Program-made: the position numbers and the translations under genes
Shown here: piece after piece, positions 51,033 through 62,675 of the stretch
Numbering within the stretch: position 1 is the stretch's first letter
How the letters are laid out: every line of letters begins with the position of its first letter
Assembly: GCA_965603825.1 (NCBI GenBank)
Contig: CBFDEM010000062.1
Location: 1 to 64,000 of the forward strand
Length of the DNA: 64,000 nucleotides
Source of the DNA: Blepharisma stoltei ATCC 30299
Lineage: Eukaryota > Protista > Ciliophora
Direction of reading: 5' to 3'
The notes under the pieces: model-generated
Database searches by the model: none
Seen by the model: only the letters and a program-made list of their open reading frames with translations
What the model was told of the DNA's origin: nothing

Positions 51033-51860
51033 TTAATTATGATTTGAAATCGTGTATATTGAAGGGTCTTTTATCCCTTCCCTAAAAGCTCGAGCCCTTC
51101 CTTTTATTTGTTCAACTTTTCTTACCCTTAAATCTGGAGGACTTGTCCCTTGCTTTTCACAATATCTCTTATACTCTTCATAAATTACGTTTACAAGCTC
51201 ATATACCAAATTTTCGCACTGCTGGAATTTATCTAAAAATTTTGATGATAAAATTATTTGAAAAATGCCCTCTTTTTTCTCAAGCTTCAGTGATACTAAA
51301 TGCTTTGGCTTTTCAGGGAGATGTGACCCTCTCGCGCAAATTTCGACGATTTTTCGAAAATTACAGCCTTTTGCTCCGAGGATTTTTTCTTTTAAATGAA
51401 AACCTGATTCCTCAATGATGTTTATAGGAAATTTTGCTACGTATTTTAAAGGTCCTGCGACTAGACAAGGGGTATCGTCTATATCTAAGCTTGGCAAAGG
51501 GACAAAAGTATCAGGAACCTCAAATCTTTTGTTGCTTTCTTCAGTGCTTTTTACATCTTTTCAGTCAATTTTTAATTTGATGCCCATTTCTTCAATATCT
51601 ACTTCATTTAGCGTCTCTTTTGCTAAAAACGCGCCCGCCGTATGAGAAAACGTAATAATTCCTAAATCATCCTCTATTTTTGCCTCTTTTATTTCTCCGA
51701 AAACAGAAAAAATCGCTTGAAGCTGTCCCAGAGTTAAAGAAAAAGGCGGAACAGTGGAGACTTCCAGTGTTTTTAAGTTCGGAGAAAGTCCTTTTTCTTC
51801 TAAAACAAATTTGGCACGTCTCCGGAGTTCTACACTTGTGTAATCATAGTCAATGTCCAT
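51033..51860 (-). CDS. RRM + KH-domain RNA-binding protein
   Basis: IFSVFGEI...GIITF (RRM) and KILGAKGCNFRKI (KH GxxG), joined through TGA. Confidence 0.75.
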
Positions 51861-51871
51861 TTTTATTAATT

Positions 51872-53293
51872 TTATTTGTTATTATACATCTTTGGGTCGC
51901 TGATTTTCATCAAATTGCTGAATGATAAGAAATCTTCGTCAATATTTTTACCATACGCATTGTCGTCTTTCATTAATTTTAATCGTTTTGAAGGGTCGGC
52001 TTTAAATTCGCTGTCTTCTTCGTCTCTTTGGATGTTTCCAATAGGCTCTTTTTTATATGCGTAAGCTTTTGTGGAGTCTACTGAAAATTTTAGCTTATTT
52101 TTGAACCAGGTTTCATTTTCAGTGGGTTCTCTTATTTTACTCAAAAAACTGTTTAATTTTCCTAAAACTTCACCTTCACGGCCTTTTGATTTCACTTTTT
52201 TCTGGTAAAATTGATATCTTCGAAGCTCAAGTGGGCTTAAAAAGCTTTCTTCGTCTTTTATTTCTTGCTGGGCTCTTAAGCTATTACTCCCTGTAGGCCG
52301 CTTTTTTAATTCGAGGAGAAGTTTGCTTTTTAAGTCTTGAAATTCCTCTTCTGGGTCAACTTGTTTAGAAATTATAGTTTTGGAATTATCAGTGGATATT
52401 TTATATTTTCCTATATCAAAATTCAGCTTCAAAACATCAGGGTTTTCGGCTGATAAGGCTTTTTTTTGAGATAACACTTTTTTCCTCATTTTTTCGTCAA
52501 AATCTTGGTCAGATGCCTCAGACTCATTTTTTTCTTGTTGGATTATTTTCTTTTCTGCTTTTACAATTTTAGGTTGGATTTCTTCAATTGGTGCTTCTTT
52601 TTTACTTAGCGTAGGATCTTCAAGAACTTGATGTGAACTTTTTATTGGCAAAGCTTCATTATTTTCTTCTTCATCAGCAAAAGAAAGCATTTTAGGTTTT
52701 GCAATTTTCTTTACATTTCCCAGGTTGTTTACTACTGAAGCAATGTTTTTCTTTATAATCTCTCTTGGTATAATGTCATCAAATGGATTTACTACTACTT
52801 CAGTACTCAAAATAACAGGACATATTAAAGGTCGATCATCAGCTCCTACCTCAACTTCAGAGATCTTTATAACGTTATAAATTGTGTTGTTTCCTACTTT
52901 GCCAAAAATTGTGTGTTTTCTGTCAAGTCATGGAGTCTTGTCAAGTGTAATAAAAAATTGGCTTGCATTGTCATTCTTTTTGGTATTTGACATTGCTACT
53001 AGACCTCTGTGACTGAATTTTAGCCTGCTATGGAATTCGTCTTGAAAAGGAGCTCCATAAACACTTTCTCCGCCAAGGCCAGTTCCTGTTGGATCACCAG
53101 TTTGTACCATGAATCCTGGGATAATTCTATGAAAAGGGCAATTATCATAATATGATTCCAAACAAAGCTGAATAAAATTTCTGCAGGTTTTTTGGGTTTC
53201 TTTTGTTCATAATTCAATATGAATTTCTCCATGAGTTGTCTTCAAAATGACTTTTCCGGTGGTTTGAGGCTCAGGGATGTATCTGCTTGACAT
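51872..53293 (-). CDS. CWC27: Spliceosomal cyclophilin CWC27
   Basis: MSSRYIPEPQTTGKVILKTTHGEIHIEL(W)TKE...CRNFIQLCLE, FHRIIPGFMVQTGDPTGTG, DEFHSRLKF, then a long charged tail. Confidence 0.92.
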
Positions 53294-53576
53294 GTTTATT
53301 TTTATAAATCTTATAATTTTATTAAAAGCTCTTACTTTAAGCAAAAACTTTAAAATCTTTAATGCCTATGCCGTTAATGATATTTATTAAATTTTTAATT
53401 ATTTTTATAAAGATTTTGAGAAATTTGGTGATGAAAAGCTCTTAATTATAAATAATTTTATCATTTTATGGAAATTGTGAGAATATCAATGAAAATTCAA
53501 TGATTAGATAGAAATGGGCATTCAACATAAAAGGCGAAAAATTAACTATAAATCAAAATGGATTATAATAGTAATT

Positions 53577-55364
53577 ATGGAAAAGATTGTTACTGAAACA
53601 CTTACCCAGATTAGAGAAGTAAGGAAAAATCTGCTAGATATAAAGCAAAAGCAATTACAAGAAAATATTCTGCAAATTATTGCTTTTTTGAATAAAATTC
53701 AACAAGCAATTGCGAAATATTACGACAATAATTCCTCAATACAGGAAGGAAATTTAGCATTCGGGATTGTCGCAATAAAATTTATCAGCAAATATCTTGA
53801 CCAATTGCAGAAGCTCGCTCAGAAAATCCATCACAAAAAATATAAAAATAAATATAAAGACCAGATTATAATTACTCAAGCCAAGTTTGATACAATAAGT
53901 GAATTTTTCCCTAATGCATTTAGAACAAGCCAAGACGATATATTTTGCTTAGAAAAAACTCATCAGCGATGGGCAAGACTCGAATCAGTAACAAATCGTA
54001 TCCAAATTGCTGAGCCCAAAGCTCTAAAGCAATCATGAGACAATTTATTTGGCTTAATCGCAATAGCCCAAGCTTTTATGTCAAAAGGCATAAGCAGCCA
54101 ATCAAAAATTGTCCAAAAAATTACAGTAGGTTCCTGCATGATGTTTTATGGGCTTTTCCGAAAGCAAGCCCGAAAGCAGCAAACACTATTTAATGCTCAA
54201 GCGACCCCCGAAATTGTCCAAATTTGTTTTAATGCTCTGGACTCCCAGCTTGGCCATATGATGCTAAAAGTAATTCTCCCTTCAATAGAATTCAATGAGA
54301 TGATTTTTATCCCAAGACTTGCCAATCATGTCCTGTCCTCTTCTTTATACCCCACCCATGATAAATCACAAACAGCCCACTACCTTAACGTCATTAACAA
54401 AGAACCTCATTTATCAGGGTCAAAATTCTCATTAAGCTGGGATCCAGGCAGAATAAGAGTCCCAGTCAGAGTTTTGTCAGCTTTTAAAATAGAAAAAATT
54501 TCCAAAGAAAAAGAAGAAGCAAAATTTTGTGGCTGCCGCCCAGAAAGACCTCTTAGGGGAGCACAAATGAATAAATTGATTTTACATGTCCACGGAGGAG
54601 GATTTGTGGCGATGAGCTCGTATTCTCACCAAAATTATACCAGAATTTGGGCGAATGAGCTGAAAATTCCTTTATTTTCTGTTGATTATAGACTAGCTCC
54701 TCAGCATCCTTTTCCAGCTGCTTTGGACGATGTGTGGCAGGTTTATACGTGGCTTAAAACTTATGCTGAACAATATTTAGGAATTTTGCCTGAAAAAATT
54801 ATATTAGTTGGAGACTCGGCTGGGGGGAATTTAATTCTTGCGCTTACTATTAAAGCGATTTTAATGAACTTTCCGCTGCCTTCTGGGCTGTTAGTTTATT
54901 ATCCAGCCAGCAATTTGGCAAGAGATGACCAGTTCAGCGAGTCTTTATTGTGAAGTTTAGAAGACCCTTTATTATCCCACAATTTTTTGAAAATTTGTTT
55001 GGACTCTTATTTAAAAGACACAAACCTTGACAAAAGACATCCACTGATATCCCCGTATTATGCTGATAATTCAATTATTTCGAAATTCCCACCTGTGAGG
55101 ATTTTTACTGGGAATCTTGATCCTTTGCATCATGAAGCTTTGAGGTTTGCGGATAAATTGATAAGTAATGGGGTCAATACCAAACTATTTATATATCCTG
55201 ACGTGTATCATGGAAGTTTGAATTTTTATGCAAGAGGAGGTATCAAAGCTTGCAAAAAAACTATTGATGATGGAATTGAGATGTTTAATGAGTTATTTAA
55301 TTATGAAGAGCCTGCCCCTGAAAGTGCAACTCTTGCAGCAATAGCATCGAGTTTAAGTTTATAA
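53577..55364 (+). CDS. Hormone-sensitive lipase-like (GDXG) esterase
   Basis: HGGGF, DYRLAP, GDSAGG, DPL...HG. The start could alternatively be 53514. Confidence 0.92.
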
Positions 55365-55639
55365 TAAATAGAAATTTCAATTTATGATAGTTTTAACATG
55401 CTTACTCTCTCTAATGTAAAATTTAATTCTTATCAATGAAAAATATAAATAATAACATTTTAGCTGCATAGATAATAAAAAAGGATAAGAAAGAAAAAGA
55501 AGAATAAAAGCCTGAAACCCAGAAAATTAAACTAGAAACCCTAATTTTTCGTTTAAAAAGGTAAAAGCAAGCCATTCAAGACTTTTAAGCAACCCTTCAA
55601 GCCGTAAACTAAAAACTTTACTCTCCTTATATCACGAAT

Positions 55640-55822
55640 TACCAAATTATAGAAGCAGTCCCTCGACATGCCCAACGAAAAACTATTGTGACGTTTCTGG
55701 CCAGCTCGCCAAATATTCTGACTCTAAAACAGGACTAAGGTTTTGCAGCCTACAAATACAACATCATAAAATACTCAGTCAAAACCCATAAAAAGCTATT
55801 TAGCATTAAGAAAAGCAGTTTA
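55640..55822 (+). pseudogene. YL1_C (Ies6/INO80C-like) remnant
   Basis: PSTCPTKNYCDVSGQLAKYSDSKTGLRF, then a frameshift to YLALRKAV*. Confidence 0.65.
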
Positions 55823-55903
55823 GTTAAGTTACATATATTTCTCTTTTAGTCCTAAAAAAAATTAACATATCTTTTTAACAATTAGGCAAGTTACATAGCT
55901 AGT

Positions 55904-56236
55904 TTACAATTGACAGTCATCATCAGAGTTTGGCTTTTCTCCAGGCTCCGAAAAGCAGTCCCATTTACACAGTTTTTTCAGAAGCAATCTGAAAAACGAC
56001 GAAGAAGAGCCCTTACTATTTTTTTCTGAATCCACTGACAAATCAGCTGGATTTTCTATACTCAGTGAAATAGATATGCTTTGATTATTCGTGGAATCTT
56101 TTTCCCGAGTTCTTTTTGAAGAACCTTTGCTTTTTAGCCTTTGGCTTCTTTCTTTTTCTAATCTCTGAATGATTTGTTTAGCCTAAATTAAAGCTACAGT
56201 TGGAAGTTTCATGGATTTTGCGTTATTTGCATTCAT
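55904..56236 (-). CDS. Hypothetical ~105-aa protein with a 15-nt intron
   Basis: Intron GTAGCTTTAATTTAG (56183-56197) removes an in-frame TAG and opens the frame to TAA. Confidence 0.5.
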
Positions 56237-56362
56237 TTTGAGCAGCAGGGAAGTGCTGAGCTGTATATGAGAATTATAAGAAGAGACAAAAATGGATAAA
56301 AAGTTCACTAAAGAAGGCTTTTATTGGATAGAACGTTATTATGGAAATTTTATAGAAGGAAT

Positions 56363-57298
56363 CTATTGGAATTTAGTTAAAAAGGCTTCAACTGCATCAC
56401 GATTAGGCATGGACTCGAGTGCTCCTTTTTTGGTAATTGATAAAAATGCAGCTGCTGAAGCAAATTTCATGGCTTCTGCAAAGTCTTCGAGGTGAAGGCT
56501 GCCTCTTTCTAAGAGTTTGACTGCGAGGGCGGCTGTAAAGCAGTCTCCAGCACCAGTTGTATCGACTATACTCAATTCTTGGTCGCTTAGGGCTCTTTGC
56601 TCATATCTCCCATTACTACCTAAATATAATGATCCTTCACTCCCCAATTTAACCACTAAATGTTTAACGCCAATTTTAAATAATTTTTCTGATGCTTGCA
56701 CAATATCATTTTGAATCCCAGTCAACCTTTCTAGTTCTGTCGTATTTGGTGACAAAATATCAACATTTTCTAATAATTCGTTAGGCAGTTCTCCTTCTTT
56801 TCCACCAGTGTCCATGATAACAATTTTTCCGTTTTCTTTGGCAAGTCTTGCAGCTTGGATATTTATTTCGTCAGGAATTTCTCTTTGCAACAATAAAGCA
56901 TCGCAGTTAATAATCGTATTTCTTATTGACTCGGAAAGGGAGCTCCATCTCATATTAGCACCTCCAATGATGATAATTGAATTATCTCCAGTTGTTAAGA
57001 GAATAATAATAGCTTGCCCACTTGGAGTATCACTTAAAGTATTAATGTTTTCAATATTGACCCCTCTAGAAGAGAGTTCAGATTTCAGCATACCTCCAGC
57101 TGCATCATTTCCAACCTGGCCTAAAAAGAATGTAGATCCACCTAATAGCGATGCAGCAGCTGCTTGATTTGCACCTTTTCCACCAGCTCTCAATTCGCCT
57201 CCTGCATGAGCTTGAATGGTTTCCCCAATTAATGGAAGTTTGTTGACTTCCACATAAAGATCGCCATTTGCAGAACCAAGAACTGCGAGTTTTTTCAT
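56363..57298 (-). CDS. Ribokinase (PfkB family)
   Basis: GSANGD, GGKGANQA, GQVGND, DTTGAGDCF. Confidence 0.95.
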   Translation of the reverse strand: MKKLAVLGSANGDLYVEVNKLPLIGETIQAHAGGELRAGGKGANQAAAASLLGGSTFFLGQVGNDAAGGMLKSELSSRGVNIENINTLSDTPSGQAIIILLTTGDNSIIIIGGANMRWSSLSESIRNTIINCDALLLQREIPDEINIQAARLAKENGKIVIMDTGGKEGELPNELLENVDILSPNTTELERLTGIQNDIVQASEKLFKIGVKHLVVKLGSEGSLYLGSNGRYEQRALSDQELSIVDTTGAGDCFTAALAVKLLERGSLHLEDFAEAMKFASAAAFLSITKKGALESMPNRDAVEAFLTKFQ

Positions 57299-57357
57299 TT
57301 ATTAATCACAAGTTAACAGACTTAAAAGAAATATTTGTTATTTCATTATATGCATAT

Positions 57358-58041
57358 TTAACCTAACCTAAATCCACGACCTTGATAAGCTTGCTGCTGA
57401 CGTGGAGCACCTGGCTGCAGAATTAATCTTCTGAAGAAATCAGGAGTTTTAGCTAAATCATATCCATATTCTTGAGGAATCTGTTCTTTCAACATATAAT
57501 AGATATGCCCTGCAAGCAGACCAATTAAATCATCCATAATATTGCCTCCCATCAAAACTCTAATTCCTAGCAAGACAAAAGGAAATTGGTATGCTTTTAC
57601 AACAAATCCTCCATAAAATGGGACAATTTGCTGAGGATCAAGTTTGCTTCAAACATAGAGTAACGCAAAAAGCAATCCTGATCCTAAAAAGGTAACATTA
57701 GTAAATAGTGAAAAAAATAGCATTATGGTAGCCATCATCAGAATAGCCCAGATAAAAGAGGCGAAATCTTGATTATAAGTCGGATGAGTTTCTAATGCCC
57801 TTGTAAACCTGACTAATATTGCTAAAGAAATGATAAATCCGAAGCTAAAAGACCCAAAAAATATAAACGTCGTGAGAATTCTTCATGCTTCAAGATTGTT
57901 AAGTACACGTGTTAACACAAAATTCAAACTGTAAGGAGAAATAATTTCGAAGGTTGTGAGTGTAGCTGAAACCATTGCAGAGCAGAAATAGTATTTTGTG
58001 AACGGTGGCAAGCCGTGAAACCATGCATCTATTGTCGTCAT
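57358..58041 (-). CDS. Derlin (ERAD membrane protein)
   Basis: LPPFTKYY, EA(W)RILTTFIFFG, LLYV(W)SK, IGLLAGHIYY, GRGFRLG. Confidence 0.92.
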
Positions 58042-58084
58042 CTTTAAAATTATTATATCTTATTCTTAGAAAATTCCATATTAA

Positions 58085-59425
58085 CTAGTTTAGATGTTTA
58101 TCAATCAGCCACGGCTCATCATTTTCCTGATATTTTGGTGGCGGTACTGCAAAAGGTAATCTCCTCACCATTTCCTTCTTCATTGCTTTGCTTCCTGGCT
58201 TTGGTAAGAATAAGACTCCCATTTCGTAATTCATCATGTAAATCCTTGTGCTATTTTTTTCTCATGTTCCCCAAGCTGCTGGCGATAAATTGTGGCTTCC
58301 GAAATAAAAAATTGTATCGTCGTCAATTTCATAATTATTGTGGGCAATTACAACTTTACTGTGAGAAAGATGCTTACAAATTTGAGGAAATTCTAATGGA
58401 GATGCTATATCTCTTAAAGCTTTTTTTGGAAATTCAGCTGCATTACAGTGTTCTTCTTTAATAAAAGTTGTCCCACCTCCTCCTTTGCCGAGATGGCTAT
58501 TTTCTACAGTTCTGAGGCTTGGGAAAATTATTTCATAATTTGCAAGTAAATTATTGGCAAAACTTTTGCAGAATTCTCCCATAACTTTTCTGTTAAGTTT
58601 TCCTAAGCTAGAACATTGTATCAATAAATCACTATAAGTATTTCCAGTTTGACTAATAAGTCTCCTCATCCTTGCTTGCCCACTATTGGCTAAATCAGGA
58701 GTTCTTCCAGGGACTGAGCATACTAATTCCACTTTTGGGTTTGAAAAATCATAATTTTCTAGATCAATTCCTAGATGCTCTTTCATATCATATGATATCG
58801 GCATAACCTTTACAAGAAACCTTTGTAATTGTGCTAAAAAAGAATTTTCACGTGAATATCCAGCAGGAAAATCCTGAAACCAAACAACTTGGCCGATACT
58901 TGCCCAATCATATTGAACTAAATTTGCACTGCAGACGACAACACGAAGCTTGTCTGGGAATTTTAATAGAAAAAGTTTAGCATGGAATTTGCCCCATGAT
59001 ACTTCTTTGCGCGGGGAAATTATAGTAAAACCTTCAGAAATATTAAATCGTCCTGGGCTTGAACTTTCAGTGATAAGACAAGTTTTAATACCCTGTTTAA
59101 GAAGCGGAGCAATAAAAGTTTCTTCGTAGCAAAATGTTGTCAAAAGAGCAGAAATAAGTGTTTTAGGAGAGCGCGGGTTTTCAAGGAGGTCCTCATACAT
59201 AAGTTGTCGGAAGGAAAGCAAATGAGATGGTGGATTCTGGATGTAATCAAGAGCGGTCATATATATTGTAGTCCCGTCTTTTATAAAGGCAGAACTTTCC
59301 TCTTTCCTTTTCCTTCTTTGATGTGCAAGCTCTCTAAGAATCAGATTATTTTCTTCATAATTTTTATCTTCTTCTACACTATCTTCTTCGTCTTCTTCTC
59401 TTTTGCGTTTTACAGGTACATCCAT
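58085..59425 (-). CDS. TDP1: Tyrosyl-DNA phosphodiesterase 1
   Basis: FHAKL...RVVVCSANL, HSKV...GSHNLSPAAWG, NYEMGV, PW. Confidence 0.93.
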
Positions 59426-59504
59426 CTATTAATTAAATTATAAAATTATCCAAATACCCCTCTTATCAAAATAAATTAACACGAAATCGAAATTTTCTTA
59501 ATAA

Positions 59505-61163
59505 ATGGGCAATGCAAATAGAATAGATTACACTATTACTCAAAATAGGCATCCTGGCTGCACTGTAATTTTCATTTAGAATTGTTTGGGCTGCTCAGAA
59601 TTAATGCTTGATGGTGGAGAACTGGCCATTCATCAACAAGTAGGCATCCCTAGAGGTCGAATAATTCCTGAAAGTTTAAAATACTTGACGAATAATGAGC
59701 TACAGTTACTTCAAGCTGCTGGGACAAAAAATCTCAGCTCAATTCGGTGGTATCTTTCTCAAGGTATCAGCCCAAATACATATGATGAAAATCGAACATC
59801 CCCACTCCACATTGCAGCCCGTCAAGGATCTTTACAAATTATTCAAGAGCTACTTAATAAAGGAGCTTTTATTAATCTTACAGACTGCGCTGGCTGAACC
59901 CCTCTTCACGTAGCTTCATATTACGGCCGTGAACAAGCAGTTACTGAGCTTCTCTCTTATGGTGCAGATTTTTCACTTGTTAATCGCAGAGGTGAAACCC
60001 CTTGTGACATTGCTCGAACCCCTCAAACTCGCGAGGTTTTCAATAATTTTTGTAAAGACTCCTCTCAAATTATCTGCCGGAAAAAAACGCCAAATTTAGC
60101 ATTGGATTTATCTGCCATGGAAGTAAAAAATTTTGTTCAAGATTTCAAAGATGGGCGGACATCAAAAGACCGATCCCCAACACTTGAAGAGCCAAGCGAA
60201 ATAATAGCGCCAATTAATTGAATTTTTCCTGGAATATCATCATTGATTGTTTCACCTTTAATAAGCACCCCTACAAATGAACTGAAGCTTGAATGCATAA
60301 AATTATTTAATTTAGAACCTCTTAGAGGTCTCACATTTATGCTTGCAATGGGAGTTTTAGGTAACAAGCCACAAGAGGTAAGTAAATATTTTCTTACTGA
60401 GCCTAAGTTGAGTAAATCTTCAATTGGGTTTATATTAGGAGAGATCAATAATTTCTATAAAGAAGTGGCTTTTGAATTTATGAAACAGCTAGGCTTGAAA
60501 GGGATTAATATTGTAGTCGCGCTTAGAAAAGTTTTTAGCCATCTTATATTACCTGAGGAAGGAGGAAAAATCACACATATTTTGCAGGCATTTGGGAACG
60601 TTTTTTCTAAACAAAATTGCCAATTTGGAAGCCCAGAAGCTATACAAAGTTTGAGCTTTTCTATAATAATGCTTGACAAATCCATAAAGCAGCATAACCC
60701 TATTGACAAAGAAAATTTCATTACTACCAACAGTGGCTTACGTGACGGAAAAGATTACCCAGAAGGCATCCTCAACTGAATTTATGACGAAGTCTCCCGG
60801 GTTCCTGTCATTTTTCCTATAGAAGACCCTATCGATTTAAGTCTCTTCGATATCCTCGACTTCGAAGGAATCGTCACCATAAAAGAAAGAAAAAGACACA
60901 TGGGCCTCTTCCAAGGCCTCCTCATCTTTTTTGGCACCTCAAAAGTCCCTTACGCCTGCCTCGTCCTCAAAGGAGCCGAAATCAGTGAAAATTGGCTCAC
61001 ACACCTTGTCACGATTTCCCACAAAGAAGGCATGGAAACAGCCAAACTCTCTAAAGAAGGCCGAATGAAGACCCGCAAAGAGAAAAACCTGGCCTTTAAA
61101 AGCGAAAATTCAAAAAAATGAATTGAGGTGCTCAATGCTGCAGCCTCTTGTAATACAAATTAA
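59505..61163 (+). CDS. Ankyrin + Sec7 + PH-domain ARF-GEF-like protein
   Basis: MG start; 15-nt intron GTAATTTTCATTTAG (59565-59579); TSPLHIAA and G(W)TPLHVA ankyrin repeats; Sec7 motifs LPEEGGKI and LSFSIIML; PH-like KK(W)IEVL. Confidence 0.88.
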
Positions 61164-61177
61164 AATAATTCATTATT

Positions 61178-61558
61178 TTATTCTTCATCATCAATAAATT
61201 CTTGTTTGATTTTTTTCCTGATTTCTATTTGTTGCCTGGCATCTTTTTCAAGGGTGTCAAGGTCATCTGAGGATAAACGATGGGCGATAAATGTGAAGAC
61301 GCCGACATATCAGGCAATAAAGGCAAATAAAGCAAGCCAAGTTTTAATTCTGATATCGCGAGGCTGCATATCGAGGGCGGGGGAGTGACGGTATCTCATT
61401 TCAGTTGATATTTTGGATGAAGGGATGCCACCTTTGTAATTCCAGGGGTCACGTCTTTGGCCTTTAAAATCAGGGAGAGGCGTCTTGAAATCTGGGTCCT
61501 TTCGACTGAGTTTTTGAGCTGCTGGGGCTTTGGCTTGCTCGAATAGCTTTCGTAGCAT
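61178..61558 (-). CDS. Small single-TM protein, possibly mitochondrial (Coa3-like pattern)
   Basis: Basic N-terminus, TM WLALFAFIA(W)YVGVFTFIA, followed by SSDDLDTLE. Confidence 0.6.
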
Positions 61559-61863
61559 GATAATTATTAAGTAATGAAAAATAGAGCAATCTTATTTACC
61601 ATTTTAGAAGATTTGAGCCATAACTAGCTGAGTAGGTCAACTGTTTTTGATTGAGAATTAAAGCTAAGAAGTTTTATTGTGGATTTTTTATGTCTTAAAT
61701 TTTTCGCAAGATATTTTTGATATATAATTTTTCAGACTTTTTACTTTATTATTTAGCTATAGATGCTTTTTTACAGATAATAATGCAGTTTTTAAGAAAA
61801 ATAGAGAAAATTATTTTTTTACTTCTTTGGAAATTTGATATTTTATGAAAGAAGAGAAAATAG

Positions 61864-61869
61864 AAAAAA
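61864..61869 (-). terminator. RNA Pol III oligo-T terminator
   Basis: TTTTTT immediately after the discriminator base of the tRNA-like gene. Confidence 0.7.
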
Positions 61870-61942
61870 GTCAGAGACCAGGAATCGAACCTGGAGTGGC
61901 CGTGATGAGCGGCAGCCGTGGGAACCCTTCCACTATCTCTGA
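61870..61942 (-). tRNA. Non-canonical tRNA-like gene with ambiguous anticodon (8/10-nt loop around CUCA; alternative CAU fold)
   Basis: Acceptor stem TCAGAGA/TCTCTGA, D stem GTGG/CCAC, T arm CCAGG-TTCGATT-CCTGG, box A and box B, followed by a T6 terminator. Confidence 0.85.
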
Positions 61943-62675
61943 TTAATTTAATATATCTCAGCTGAAGCAAATACTCATAAAAATTAATATTACTTGATTA
62001 ATCATAGACATGAGATCCTAGTAATTTATTATTCGAAATTTTATTTATGAATTTCTAATCATACATAGAAATGAGAGAATTTGTGCTTAGTATAATAAGC
62101 TCACAATGAAGGTTAATGCTTAATTAATTTTAATTTTAAATAAAATTTAATATATAAAGGCTCTTTCTGATTATGATTAGGCTCTAAGAAAATCAATATA
62201 AATACAACTTTTACAAAATGCAGGTGATATTACAATTTCTAGTTTGTTTCTCAAGCCAAAAAGGATTTTCTTAAAATCCCAGAAGAAGGCGGCACATAAG
62301 ATTTTTAAGTTTCATTCATAAAATTTTATTAATGATGATTTAGCAATAGAACTTGGCTTATGCAAGTATTATTTAATCTTTAAATCTGGATGCTATCAAA
62401 ATTACTATGGAGAAATTAGAATTTGACTTTAGTCTATAATTTCCTATAGAGAAAGAAACTCTTAAATTTATTCCAAATTAATCCTTATAGGAAAAAATAT
62501 TCAATAAAATTAAAAGTATCATATGAGTGGATATAATTTTTTTGAATCATAAATAAGTTAACTAAACTTTCTAGTTATTTTTAACCCCAGCTATAAAATG
62601 TTAGGATTTATTTATTCATAAGAAAACTCCGAACCTAAATAACGGCGTTTGAATTAGTTTCGTAAATAAATTACA

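Noticed and set aside
55537-55546. AAACCCTAA internal telomere-like motif
   Set aside because: A single short match that is not the CCCTAACA unit; expected by chance.
13779-61163. Fragmented ORFs as widespread pseudogenes
   Set aside because: The fragments are in frame and separated only by TGA, which encodes Trp here.
61870-61942. Calling the tRNA-like gene tRNA-Sec or an ordinary tRNA-Met/Glu
   Set aside because: It has no long variable arm or extended acceptor stem for Sec, and no canonical 5-bp stem/7-nt loop register with U33 and a purine at 37.
2753-61970. Antisense or overlapping ORFs in the track (e.g. 2753+, 5758+, 13792+, 21656-, 38384+, 56808+, 61749-)
   Set aside because: They are shadows of real genes or of the tRNA-like gene on the other strand or frame, with no recognisable motifs.
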